A stretch of 50,709 nt of DNA from an uncultured bacterium (GTDB taxonomy: Bacteria > Fidelibacterota > Marinisomatia > Marinisomatales > TCS55), in contig CAYYXU010000001.1 of NCBI GenBank assembly GCA_964475645.1, positions 1 to 50,709 on the forward strand, given 5' to 3'. Both the position numbers and the translations under genes were made by a program. This document shows, piece by piece, positions 1 to 9,328 of this stretch. Position 1 is the first letter of the stretch, and every line of letters begins with the position of its first letter. The notes below the pieces were generated by a model, which saw only the letters and a list, made by a program, of their open reading frames with translations, was not told where the DNA came from and did no database searches.

Positions 1-178
1 TATCTACAAATGCTGCCTGCATTCCTGGTAGTACATTTTCAACAACTCCTCTATACACATTCCCGACCATCCGATGTTTATCTTGTTTTTCTATATAAAC
101 CTCTACCAATTGACCATCCTCAAGGATAGCAATACGGGTTTCACCCAAACTTTCATTGATATAGATTTCTTTTTTCAT
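1..178 (-). CDS. rng: RNase E/G family ribonuclease, N-terminal fragment (gene runs off the left edge)
   Basis: Partial gene, not in the ORF track. Reverse complement from the ATG at 178..176 reads MKKEIYINESLGETRIAILEDGQLVEVYIEKQDKHRMVGNVYRGVVENVLPGMQAAFVD. This is the typical S1-domain opening of RNase G/E (..GNIY.G.V..V.PGMQAAFVD). Confidence 0.8.
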   Translation of the reverse strand, partial: MKKEIYINESLGETRIAILEDGQLVEVYIEKQDKHRMVGNVYRGVVENVLPGMQAAFVD

Positions 179-506
179 ATTTTCACCTTTATCCATTTAT
201 TTCCGGTAGATAATAAATATCTGCACGGCCCAGTTAGCCCATTTTGACAGGCGAACCAGCTATCTTTATTTTTAAGGTGATGGGATTCTAGTAGAAAGGA
301 ACGGGTTTTTTCCCGTTGAAAAAACTTTACTAAATATTTTTAATTATGTTAAAAATTCTTTTTTTTGGTTTAAAATCCACTAGAAACTATCACCAAGAGA
401 TAACCTACCTTATATTCTAACGCTCCGCAAGTGTTATTATTATCAGCACTTATTTGTTTGAAAACTCACGATTATAGACTAATATTTGAAATAATAATAT
501 TGAATA

Positions 507-589
507 GTCGTGATTTGCACCATATTGCCGCGACAGTAAAAAACGTTGCTAAAAAGGTTATAGACCCCGAATAGTAGCGGGGTTTTTTT
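507..589 (+). promoter_or_regulatory. Structured metH leader (hairpin plus terminator); possible riboswitch or attenuator, class unresolved
   Basis: A 6-bp hairpin, GTCGTG (507-512) / CGCGAC (529-534), has a 16-nt loop ATTTGCACCATATTGC. It is followed by the A-rich tract AAAAAACGTTGCTAAAAAGG and then a terminator hairpin. It lies in a 414-bp non-coding gap, which is unusually long for this compact window. Confidence 0.35.
563..589 (+). terminator. Intrinsic-terminator-like hairpin ending 3 nt before the metH ATG
   Basis: CCCCG (565-569), loop AATAGTAG, CGGGG (578-582), then T7 (583-589). The metH ATG is at 593. Confidence 0.55.
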
Positions 590-592
590 ATT

Positions 593-3500
593 ATGAGTAA
601 AATAAAAGACATATTCAAAGATCGAATTCTTCTTCTAGATGGAGCAATGGGAACTATGGTTCAATCGTACAACCTGGTTGAGAAAGATTTCCGAGGAGAT
701 CGGTTTAAAAATATTACGAGGGATCTTAAAGGGAACAACGATCTGCTCTGCCTGACACGTCCTGATGTAGTACGGGAGATCCATAAGGAATATTTCAATG
801 CTGGCGCAGACATTGTGGAAACCAATACCTTTAATGCAAATGCCATTTCTCAAGAGGATTATGGTACGGAAAAATTGGCTTATGAAATCAATTTCGAAGC
901 AGCCAAGATCGCAAAATCAACTGCAGCATTATTTTCTGATAAACCTAGGTTTGTAGCCGGCGCAATGGGGCCCACAAATCGAACCGCTTCATTGAGTCCC
1001 AGTGTTAATGATCCAGGTTTCCGGAATATAAACTTTAATGAACTCAAAGATGCCTATAACGAACAGGCGAGAGGGCTTTTGAAAGGTGGTGTGGATCTTT
1101 TCCTGATAGAAACGGTTTTTGATACCTTGAACTGCAAAGCCGCCTTGTATGCCGTTCATGAATTACTTGAAAAACAAAGCAAAGATATACCAATCCTCGT
1201 ATCGGGGACCATAACTGATGCCAGCGGCCGGACTCTTTCAGGACAGACGGTGGAGGCTTTTTGGTATTCTATTCGCCACGCAAACCTGACTGCTGTAGGG
1301 CTCAATTGCGCATTGGGTGCAGAGCAGATCCGCCCCTGGTTGGACGAGCTTTCTGCCATCGCGGACACATACGCCTTTGTATACCCTAATGCAGGTTTGC
1401 CAAATGAATTTGGGGAATATGATGAAACGCCTGAGGCCATGGCAGTTGTTATTAAAGAATTTGCTGAGAGTGGACTAGTAAATCTAGTGGGCGGTTGTTG
1501 TGGTACTACGCCGGATCATATCAAAGCCATTGCTGAAGTAGTAGAGGGCGTAGAGCCGAGAAAAATCCCGAAAATAGATTCCTTGACCAAATTAAGTGGT
1601 CTAGAACCAATTACCATAAGGCCCGACAGCAATTTTGTAAACGTGGGCGAACGGACCAACGTTACCGGTTCAGCCCGCTTCCGACGCTTGATTAAAGAAG
1701 ATAATTACGAGGAAGCCCTAGCGGTAGCTAAGCAACAGATCGAGAACGGGGCCCAGGTAATTGATGTAAATATGGACGAAGGATTACTTGATTCTGAGAC
1801 AGCAATGGAAACCTTTTTACGGATGATCGCTTCTGAACCAGATATTGCAAAAGTGCCTGTCATGATAGACTCATCCAAATGGTCAGTCCTTGAAAAAGGA
1901 TTAAAGAATTTGCAGGGGAAGGGAATCGTTAATTCCATTTCCATGAAGGAAGGGGTTGAAGAATTCAAACGCCAAGCCAACACGATCAAAAAATATGGCG
2001 CGGCAGTAATTGTAATGGCATTCGATGAGAACGGTCAAGCCGATACATACGACCGGAAAGTGAATATCTGTACTCGAGCCTACAATATTCTAACGGAGGA
2101 GATTGGATTTCCGCCGGAAGACATAATTTTTGATCCCAATATTTTTGCTGTGGCCACTGGCATTGAAGAACACAATGAATATGCCAAAGCGTTCATAGAC
2201 GCAACCCAAACCATTAAAAAGACCCTGCCCAGTGTTCACATCAGCGGCGGTGTGTCTAACCTTTCTTTTTCCTTCCGGGGGAATGACGGTGTGCGGGAAG
2301 CTATGAATTCTGCTTTTCTTTACCATGCAGTCCAAGCAGGGATGGATATGGGTATTGTCAATGCGGGCCAGCTGGCGGTGTATGATGATATTGATCAAGA
2401 TTTAAGGGAACGAGTGGAAGATGTGCTTTTCAATCGAAGGGATGATGCCACGGAACGACTGGTGGATATTGCCGAAAAACATAAAGGCGTCAAAAGATCT
2501 CAGGAAAAAGATTTATCATGGCGGGAAAAATCCGTATCGAAGCGTTTAAGCTATGCCTTAGTGGAAGGAATCGTTGATTTTATCAAAGATGACACGGAAG
2601 AGGCCCGCCAGCAGGTCAATAGACCAATTGAGGTCATTGAGGGTCCACTAATGGATGGGATGAATGTGGTGGGAGACCTTTTTGGCGCAGGGAAAATGTT
2701 CCTACCCCAGGTAGTAAAATCTGCTCGTGTTATGAAAAAGGCTGTGTCCTATTTGCTACCTTACATCGAAAAGGAAAAAGATGAAATTGGTGTCACGGAT
2801 AAATCTAATGGAAAGATCGTTGTGGCAACGGTAAAGGGCGATGTTCATGATATTGGTAAAAATATTGTAGGTGTAGTATTGGGCTGCAATGGATATGATG
2901 TTATTGACTTAGGGGTGATGGTAACATCAGACAAGATTTTATCCACCGCACGTGATGAAGGAGCGGATATCATTGGCCTTTCAGGACTGATTACTCCCAG
3001 CCTCGATGAGATGGTCCACGTAGCCGCCGAAATGGAACGCCTTGAATTTAATATTCCTTTGCTCATTGGTGGGGCCACTACAAGTCGGAAGCATACGGCG
3101 GTGAAGATCGAAAAAAATTATTCCGGACCTACAGTTCATGTGATTGATGCATCCCGAGCCGTTGGTGTAGTGGGCAAGCTCATGAATAAAAATGAAAGGT
3201 CAGATTTTACAGCAGCAGTTCGAGAAGATTTTAAACAGATACGTGTTGCTAGGGCTAAAAAGACCGCAATCAAGACCTTGTCAATGGAAGTAGCGCGGAA
3301 TCGGAAGTTAAAAGTGGATTGGATCAATTACCCGATACCACAACCAAACTTACTTGGGGAAAAAGTATTTAAGGATTATCCATTGGATGAACTAGTGGAT
3401 TATATTGATTGGTCACCTTTTTTTCACGCTTGGGAGTTAAAAGGTGTTTATCCCAAAATACTATCCAACAAAAGTTATGGGGATGAAGCCCAAAAACTAT

Positions 3501-4132
3501 TTGATGATGGACAAGTATTGTTGCAGCGGATCGTATCAGAAAAATTATTGACAGCCAAAGCGATCATCGGTATTCATAATGCCCATGCAGAAAATGAAAC
3601 AGTTATTTTAGAAGGTGTTGAATTCAATTTTCCCCGTCAGCAGGTGGATAAGGGCACAGATCAACCCAATTACAGCCTAGCAGACTTTATTGCACCAAAC
3701 GATGATTACCTTGGAATGTTTGCAGTGACTGCCGGACACGGTTTAGAAGTAATAGTGAAAGAATTTGAAGACAAAAATGATGATTATAATGCAATCATGA
3801 TAAAGGTGTTAGCGGACCGTATGGTTGAAGCCTTAGCGGAAAGAATGCACGAACGGGTACGGAAGGAATTTTGGGGGTATGCAGCTGATGAACAAATAAA
3901 TACTGAAAGTTTAATTAGAGAAGAATATGTGGGTATCCGCCCAGCGCCAGGTTACCCGGCTTGCCCGAGTCACGAAGAAAAAGATAAGATTTGGTCGTTG
4001 CTCGAGGTGGAAAAAAATACAGGAATTACCTTAACAGAAACCCGGGCTATGTATCCGGCCGCTTCCATATGTGGGTGGTATTTCTCCCATCCGCAATCAC
4101 GCTATTTTTCTGTAAGTAACATTGGTTTATAA
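593..4132 (+). CDS. metH: Cobalamin-dependent methionine synthase
   Basis: 1179 aa with all four modules recognisable. Hcy-binding: [19 protein letters not shown]. Pterin-binding: [12 protein letters not shown]12-binding: [17 protein letters not shown]. AdoMet activation domain: [16 protein letters not shown]. Confidence 0.97.
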   Translation: MSKIKDIFKDRILLLDGAMGTMVQSYNLVEKDFRGDRFKNITRDLKGNNDLLCLTRPDVVREIHKEYFNAGADIVETNTFNANAISQEDYGTEKLAYEINFEAAKIAKSTAALFSDKPRFVAGAMGPTNRTASLSPSVNDPGFRNINFNELKDAYNEQARGLLKGGVDLFLIETVFDTLNCKAALYAVHELLEKQSKDIPILVSGTITDASGRTLSGQTVEAFWYSIRHANLTAVGLNCALGAEQIRPWLDELSAIADTYAFVYPNAGLPNEFGEYDETPEAMAVVIKEFAESGLVNLVGGCCGTTPDHIKAIAEVVEGVEPRKIPKIDSLTKLSGLEPITIRPDSNFVNVGERTNVTGSARFRRLIKEDNYEEALAVAKQQIENGAQVIDVNMDEGLLDSETAMETFLRMIASEPDIAKVPVMIDSSKWSVLEKGLKNLQGKGIVNSISMKEGVEEFKRQANTIKKYGAAVIVMAFDENGQADTYDRKVNICTRAYNILTEEIGFPPEDIIFDPNIFAVATGIEEHNEYAKAFIDATQTIKKTLPSVHISGGVSNLSFSFRGNDGVREAMNSAFLYHAVQAGMDMGIVNAGQLAVYDDIDQDLRERVEDVLFNRRDDATERLVDIAEKHKGVKRSQEKDLSWREKSVSKRLSYALVEGIVDFIKDDTEEARQQVNRPIEVIEGPLMDGMNVVGDLFGAGKMFLPQVVKSARVMKKAVSYLLPYIEKEKDEIGVTDKSNGKIVVATVKGDVHDIGKNIVGVVLGCNGYDVIDLGVMVTSDKILSTARDEGADIIGLSGLITPSLDEMVHVAAEMERLEFNIPLLIGGATTSRKHTAVKIEKNYSGPTVHVIDASRAVGVVGKLMNKNERSDFTAAVREDFKQIRVARAKKTAIKTLSMEVARNRKLKVDWINYPIPQPNLLGEKVFKDYPLDELVDYIDWSPFFHAWELKGVYPKILSNKSYGDEAQKLFDDGQVLLQRIVSEKLLTAKAIIGIHNAHAENETVILEGVEFNFPRQQVDKGTDQPNYSLADFIAPNDDYLGMFAVTAGHGLEVIVKEFEDKNDDYNAIMIKVLADRMVEALAERMHERVRKEFWGYAADEQINTESLIREEYVGIRPAPGYPACPSHEEKDKIWSLLEVEKNTGITLTETRAMYPAASICGWYFSHPQSRYFSVSNIGL

Positions 4133-4724
4133 AGAAGACGACGCCCAATTCTGGGAAGACATTTACCTAGACGATGATGCAGGTTGGGATCTAGGTGGGG
4201 TCACACCTGTTTTTGATAATATTGTTGATCAGCTATTCCGGGGCAAGGTATGTATTGTAGGTTGCGGCAATGGTTATGATGCAGTCATGTTTGCTCAAAA
4301 GGGATTCGAGGTTACAGCAGTTGATTTTGCGCCATCAGCAGTAATAGCGTTGGAAAAAATGTCCAATCAGGAAAAAGTGAATGTACAGATACTTCAGTCC
4401 AATATCTTTGACCTGACATCCGAATATGACAGTGTTTTTGACTATGTTATTGAGCAAACTTGTTTTTGTGCCGTGAACCCCGAACGTCGACAAGAATACG
4501 AAAGGTTAGTATACAAAATTTTAAAACCGGGGGGAAAATTGATTGGTCTCTGGTTCCCTCTGGATAAAACAATAGAAGATGGAGGTCCGCCATGGGGAAT
4601 AACAATTGATGAAATAAAATCCATTTTCAAAAATGGTTGGAATATTGAAAAGGAAGAATTCCCAGATATATCCATTCAACCAAGAAAGAATCGTGAAAAA
4701 CTTATTATATTTGGAAAACAATGA
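4122..4724 (+). CDS. Class I SAM-dependent methyltransferase, TPMT / halide-thiocyanate methyltransferase (HOL/MHT)-like
   Basis: [25 protein letters not shown] (SAM motif I), [29 protein letters not shown]......GGPPWG, R.NREKL. This resembles plant and bacterial methyl-halide transferases. TTG start at 4122 overlaps the metH stop by 11 nt; the start is uncertain. Confidence 0.7.
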   Translation: MVYKEDDAQFWEDIYLDDDAGWDLGGVTPVFDNIVDQLFRGKVCIVGCGNGYDAVMFAQKGFEVTAVDFAPSAVIALEKMSNQEKVNVQILQSNIFDLTSEYDSVFDYVIEQTCFCAVNPERRQEYERLVYKILKPGGKLIGLWFPLDKTIEDGGPPWGITIDEIKSIFKNGWNIEKEEFPDISIQPRKNREKLIIFGKQ

Positions 4725-4942
4725 ATGATCATTTCATATTTGATTTTCTGGGTGATCAAAAAAAGAATAATCGCCGGGAGCGGTATCATGCCAATAAAAC
4801 TAGGTTTAAGGATTCAAAAAATAATTTTATCGATTTTATTGCCATGATATTATTTCGAATTTCAGAATTCGACCCCTTTATGATTGGGGTCAGACCAAAA
4901 GACTGCTTGTTTCGTATTTATAAAACTAAATTTTGCCTATGA
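4721..4942 (+). pseudogene. Truncated DUF2461 (TIGR02453-like) remnant, N-terminal ~1/3 only
   Basis: FDFLGDQKKNNRRERYHANKTRF...LFRIYKTKF matches my recalled DUF2461 opening (L.FL..L..NN.r.WF.anK..Y ... lFRIyRDvRFSkDK). It stops at 73 aa where ~220 aa would be expected. Its 3' end overlaps the next gene. Confidence 0.45.
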
Positions 4943-5721
4943 GTTCTGAATTAAATATAGCGAAAGAAGCTGCCATTGAAGCGGGCGGAATTATCCTTAA
5001 TTACTACAAGGCCGATTACGAAATACAAGAAAAGGGGTATCATAATCCTGTAACAACTGCAGACCGCGAGGCTGATACCAGGTTAAAAGAAATTCTTCTG
5101 GAGAAAAGACCTAATTACGGCTGGCTTTCTGAAGAAACAGTAGATTCCCTTGATCGATTGGGAAAAGAGCGGGTTTGGGTAGTAGATCCTTTGGACGGGA
5201 CGAAGGAATTTATTGAAGGTGTGCCTAACTTTGTCATAAGTGTGGCTTTGGTCGAAAATGGAACATCGATTGTAGGTGTTTTATTCAACCCGGTGACAAA
5301 TGAGGCTTTTACTGCAGCTCAAGGTGAGGGTGCCCAATTGAATGGTAAAACCATTCATTGTGCGGCAAAAGACAATGTGAAAGATATGGTGATTCTGAAT
5401 AGTCGATCAGAAACGCGTGGAGGACTTTGGAAACCGTATGCAAGTACATTTCGGGAACTGAGAGCGATTGGTTCGGTGGCCTACAAGCTGGGCCTGACCG
5501 CAGCCGGGCAGGCAGATATTTTTGCATCCCTGCGTCCAAAAAATGAATGGGATATTTGTGCGGGGACGTGCATCATCCAGGAAGCGGGTGGAAAAGTTAT
5601 TGACCTAAACGGCAATAATATTAGTTTTAATCAAGAAAAGACATTAATAGAGCCAGGTTTGATTGCCGGGGAAATCCGAGCTGTGGACAAATTGTATAAA
5701 GTGTTTAGTGTAAATAAATAA
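4939..5721 (+). CDS. Inositol monophosphatase family protein, CysQ-like 3'(2'),5'-bisphosphate nucleotidase
   Basis: WVVDPLDGTKEFIEG and WDICAG are IMPase-family motifs, and GTKEFI is CysQ-like. I prefer the ATG at 4939 (MSSELNI) over the track's TTG at 4933. Confidence 0.8.
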   Translation: MSSELNIAKEAAIEAGGIILNYYKADYEIQEKGYHNPVTTADREADTRLKEILLEKRPNYGWLSEETVDSLDRLGKERVWVVDPLDGTKEFIEGVPNFVISVALVENGTSIVGVLFNPVTNEAFTAAQGEGAQLNGKTIHCAAKDNVKDMVILNSRSETRGGLWKPYASTFRELRAIGSVAYKLGLTAAGQADIFASLRPKNEWDICAGTCIIQEAGGKVIDLNGNNISFNQEKTLIEPGLIAGEIRAVDKLYKVFSVNK

Positions 5722-5722
5722 G

Positions 5723-6685
5723 ATGTCAGAAATACCAAAAGACGCAGTTAGGTGTTTAGATAAAGGTTTTGTCCGGTTGGTGGATTCTATGGGCGGGGAT
5801 GATGCTATTGTGCAGGCTGCTCGGGTAAGCTACGGAAAGGGCACTAGCAAAGTGAGTCAGGACCGAGGCCTCATTCGCTATTTGATGCGCCACCGCCATA
5901 CGACGCCATTTGAAATGGTAGAATTCAAGTTCCATTGCAAGATGCCCATTTTTGTGGCCCGACAATGGGTCCGGCACCGCACCGCCAACATTAATGAATA
6001 TTCATTACGCTACTCGGAAGCCCGAGACGACTTTTATTATCCCGAGCCCAAACAAATTCAATTCCAAAGCACCCTCAATAAACAGGGTCGTTCGGGTAAT
6101 GTACCCAAGCAACTCACTGATAAGGTTCTAAAATATTTCAAGGAAATATCCGAGCGCAGTTTTGATATGTATAAAGAATTGAACGAAGCCGGCTTGGCAC
6201 GGGAACTGATCCGAGCCATCTTACCGGTTAATCTTTACACAGAATGGTATTGGAAGAATGACCTTCACAACCTGTTGCATTTTATAGGTCTGCGCTCTGA
6301 TAGCCATGCCCAGTATGAAATCAGAATCTACTCTGATGCCATGGCAGATGTGGTAAAAAAAGTGGCGCCATTTGCCTGGGAAGCCTACCAGGATTATGTG
6401 GTTAGCGGTTTGCGTTTTTCCCGGATCGAACAAAATCTACTGGAGCAACGTCTACCTGACCGAGTTATTGATGATATTCTTGAAGATATTGCTTACCAGA
6501 TTACCGCAACCCTGCACAATAATAAACCAAGGGAGGAGTCAGAACTGTATGTCCTTTATCAAAAGCAGGGCGGCAGTGATTCTGTAGATGACTTTAAACT
6601 GAAGTGGTCTTCAGGAGAAATCGAAATTGGCAACGTACGTGAGTTACGCGAATTCAAGACTAAGCTGAAACGGCTGAAGAAATAG
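5723..6685 (+). CDS. thyX: FAD-dependent thymidylate synthase ThyX with a ~90-aa C-terminal extension
   Basis: ThyX signature RHRTANINEYS (RHR-x7-S), plus TPFE and WYWK..LHNLLHF. Confidence 0.92.
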   Translation: MSEIPKDAVRCLDKGFVRLVDSMGGDDAIVQAARVSYGKGTSKVSQDRGLIRYLMRHRHTTPFEMVEFKFHCKMPIFVARQWVRHRTANINEYSLRYSEARDDFYYPEPKQIQFQSTLNKQGRSGNVPKQLTDKVLKYFKEISERSFDMYKELNEAGLARELIRAILPVNLYTEWYWKNDLHNLLHFIGLRSDSHAQYEIRIYSDAMADVVKKVAPFAWEAYQDYVVSGLRFSRIEQNLLEQRLPDRVIDDILEDIAYQITATLHNNKPREESELYVLYQKQGGSDSVDDFKLKWSSGEIEIGNVRELREFKTKLKRLKK

Positions 6686-6779
6686 TTTTATAAGATTTAG
6701 CTCTAAACCGGATATGCTTAAAGAATCATCTAGTCATTTTCGGGAATGAAGTGTATTTATCCGATGAGTGAGGTTTAAT

Positions 6780-8102
6780 CTAAGCTTCTAAATAAGCCAA
6801 AACACCCAGGTTGATTTCAGCGATCTTCGGTTTCTGGATCTGTCGAACCGCTTCTTTCAGGGCTTCAAAAGGGAATAAATTTAATTGTTGTGTAAGGTAG
6901 CCTGCCATAAGAGCAGAAATATTTTTCCGTACTTCTTTTTGGGCACTTTCTGGGAATTTCAATGGAAGTTGATTTGCCTTCGAGTCCACATCGCCCAGCC
7001 CCTCCGCGTAATAGATGGTATCTGTTTTACCCATAACTTTTGTGAGTCGGGCGATCTTATCTTTACCCTCTAGAGCAATAATAGCTACTACATCTGGCTT
7101 AATAATTCCAGAATAAAGAACGGGCTCTGGACTTATAACGATTTCTGCCACAGAAAATCCGGTCTGTATCGTAATGGGGAAATCAGCCCGGCGACTGGTC
7201 CACAACCCGGAAAGGGTCGCTGCTGAAGCCAGCAGGTTACCGGCGGAAACGACCTTTTGTCCTGCAGCACCAGCCAATACAATACGTACCGGTTTATCTA
7301 GGTCAGAGGCGAACTTGGTTTCCAACACCAAACCTCTCATGGGTTTTTGTTTTCCAGCTTGTTCCTGGATACTTTTATAGCTGGTTTGGAAACTGGGCCG
7401 ATCTGTTTCCTGTAAAATACCAGATTCCATATTCATGCTGTCCATATAACCCATCATTTCCTTCCGGCCAAAATCATTACGAACTACGTAATAGGCGGTA
7501 CACAGTTCCCATATGTCAATAAGCGAAAAGCCATCGTGATTCATGGCTTTGGCGATCATATCAGGCAGGTCTTTGTCAAAAGCAGTAGCGCGAGCAATAA
7601 AGCCACCGCCGTTGACTTTAGCTGTGCCAGCAATGTCCATAGGTGCATCGGTGCTACCCAGAGATGTAGTTGGGGTTATACTATCAAGGGGCGTGGTAAC
7701 AGAATGTTGACCACCTGTCATACCAAAATTGAAATTGTTGAACACCAATACCGTGACATCCGTATTGGAACGGGCAGCATTAAGAAGATGGTGTCCCCCA
7801 ATGCCGCAGCCACCATCCCCGATAAGGACGACCACTTTCAGGTCTGAATTCTGCATTTTGATACCAGAGGCATACGTAATGGCTCGGCCGTGGAGACCGT
7901 GAAAAGCATGGGTTACAAAATATTTGTCCGAAAGTCCCACACAACCGATATCAGTGACGATGACTACTTCAGTTGGATCCAATCCTTGTTGTTTCAAACT
8001 GTCACTCAATGCGCCAAGTACTTTACCATGACTACAGCCTGGGCAGAATTCGTAGGGCAGGTTTTCTTCGGCGATGTAAGTATCAAGGGTCGGTTTAACC
8101 AT
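6780..8102 (-). CDS. 2-oxoacid:ferredoxin oxidoreductase, fused beta (TPP-binding) and gamma domains
   Basis: The N-terminal half has FCPGCSHG, DIGCVG and GDGGCGIGGHH (TPP/Fe-S beta subunit). The C-terminal half has VRIVLAGAAGQKVVSAGNLLA, a POR gamma-type domain. Confidence 0.85.
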   Translation of the reverse strand: MVKPTLDTYIAEENLPYEFCPGCSHGKVLGALSDSLKQQGLDPTEVVIVTDIGCVGLSDKYFVTHAFHGLHGRAITYASGIKMQNSDLKVVVLIGDGGCGIGGHHLLNAARSNTDVTVLVFNNFNFGMTGGQHSVTTPLDSITPTTSLGSTDAPMDIAGTAKVNGGGFIARATAFDKDLPDMIAKAMNHDGFSLIDIWELCTAYYVVRNDFGRKEMMGYMDSMNMESGILQETDRPSFQTSYKSIQEQAGKQKPMRGLVLETKFASDLDKPVRIVLAGAAGQKVVSAGNLLASAATLSGLWTSRRADFPITIQTGFSVAEIVISPEPVLYSGIIKPDVVAIIALEGKDKIARLTKVMGKTDTIYYAEGLGDVDSKANQLPLKFPESAQKEVRKNISALMAGYLTQQLNLFPFEALKEAVRQIQKPKIAEINLGVLAYLEA

Positions 8103-9189
8103 AATAAGCTTCCATAATTTCTTCAGGTGTGATTAGGAAAGTGTCCACTCGATTTACACCTACCAATTCAATTGTACCGTTGGTCAACCGTTCAATTTCA
8201 TGACGGTATTGACCATGGTTCATTTCGGGTATGATGATGCGGTTTATGCCGTGTAAAGATTCCAGGATTTCCTTTTCCGGGATGGGCCAGAGAGAATAAG
8301 CCGTTAAAGTGGATACATTTTCGCCTTTGGTCCGAAGCTGGTGTACGGCTGCTTCCATTGAACGAGCAGAAATTCCATAGCTTAAAATGAGTGTTTCCGC
8401 GCCTACTTCCAGATCAGTTTTTACAAGGGATAGTTCTACTACATGTTTTTCTATTTTTTTTATTAATTGTTCATTCAGTTCCGCAATAATATTCGGGTCT
8501 TTGGTAATATGTCCTTCTTTGGTGTGACTGGAACCAGTGTAATGATGAATTTTGCCATTGATCCGGTACGGATCTAAGGCGTCCCGAACTGGCACATCAG
8601 GGATCTTTGGCCAGTCCGGGTCGTTGAGCATTTTCGATTCTGCAACGGATTCGGTAGTCATAACCGTTTCTTTATCAGTGGCAATAAATACAGGGCAGCG
8701 AAAGCGGCGAGCTAGTTTAAAAGCTCTTTTCGTTAAATGATACGCTTCGGAGATATTGGTTGGTGATAGTACAATAATGGGATAACCGCCAGATGTGCAC
8801 CAGCGCATGAACTGGATGTCTCCTTGTGCCGTGGCCGTGGCCGCACCTGTAGATGGGCCTAATCTTTGAGATATGGCGATGACTAGAGGTATTTCCATCA
8901 TGATGGCCAAGCCAATATTTTCTGAAAAGAGGGATAGCCCTGGACCACTGGAAGCGGTGAAAGCTGTGGCGCCAGCTGTGGCAGCGCCGATACAGTGCCC
9001 AATGGAAGAAATCTCATCTTCACCTTGGATTCCGATACCACCAACCTTTGGTAATTCTCGTAACATATGCGCCAATATTCCGGAGGCAGGGGTAATGGGA
9101 TATCCGGCAAAAAAATCGCATCCGGCATCCAAAGCTCCTCTAGCTATTGCCGCCGCACCGTCAATCATCTCTTTTTGTTTAGTTGCCAT
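8095..9189 (-). CDS. 2-oxoacid:ferredoxin oxidoreductase alpha subunit
   Basis: GNEAIA-like opening (DGAAAIARGALDAGCDFFAGYPITPAS), SSGPGLSL and RLGPSTG. It overlaps the beta/gamma gene by 8 nt. Confidence 0.88.
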   Translation of the reverse strand: MATKQKEMIDGAAAIARGALDAGCDFFAGYPITPASGILAHMLRELPKVGGIGIQGEDEISSIGHCIGAATAGATAFTASSGPGLSLFSENIGLAIMMEIPLVIAISQRLGPSTGAATATAQGDIQFMRWCTSGGYPIIVLSPTNISEAYHLTKRAFKLARRFRCPVFIATDKETVMTTESVAESKMLNDPDWPKIPDVPVRDALDPYRINGKIHHYTGSSHTKEGHITKDPNIIAELNEQLIKKIEKHVVELSLVKTDLEVGAETLILSYGISARSMEAAVHQLRTKGENVSTLTAYSLWPIPEKEILESLHGINRIIIPEMNHGQYRHEIERLTNGTIELVGVNRVDTFLITPEEIMEAYYG

Positions 9190-9328
9190 AATTTGGCTAG
9201 CACTAAAATTACGTATTGGTTTTAAACAAAGTATATGTAATTATTATCTATGTTTTGAATAAGATGATTGAAAAGATTCGTGCTGATGATACCAATTACG
9301 TAATTTCTAGAAAGAGGAAAGAAAATAT

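Noticed and set aside
298-318. Hairpin AACGGG-TTTTTT-CCCGTT as a transcription terminator
   Set aside because: It has no U-tract after the stem on either strand (the Ts are in the loop), and no upstream gene on either strand that it could terminate. I keep it only as part of the structured leader observation.
388-420. S-box (SAM-I)-like string ATCACCAAGAGATAAC upstream of metH
   Set aside because: It resembles only the ..AUCaAGAG.. fragment. The obligatory GAGGGA/GGCCC/GCAACC core elements are absent.
179-592. tRNA, tmRNA or cobalamin riboswitch in the long rng/metH spacer
   Set aside because: I could build no cloverleaf (acceptor/T-arm GTTCRANYC). I also found no B12-box (GCCACTG-type core) on either strand.
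4121-4135. Programmed +1 frameshift fusing MetH to the downstream methyltransferase
   Set aside because: The methyltransferase frame is +1 relative to metH. However, the junction UUA-UAA-A offers no cognate re-pairing for the P-site tRNA (UUA to UAU) and has no upstream SD-like stimulator. A separate TTG-initiated gene is the simpler reading.
8873-9262. 129-aa plus-strand ORF. Similar long antisense ORFs occur at 25323..25676, 29092..29430, 43871..44215, 7536..7847 and 19524..19835.
   Set aside because: Each lies entirely or largely antisense or out of frame within a gene that has strong family motifs. Their translations are low-complexity or Cys/Ser/Ile-rich shadow frames with no recognisable motifs.
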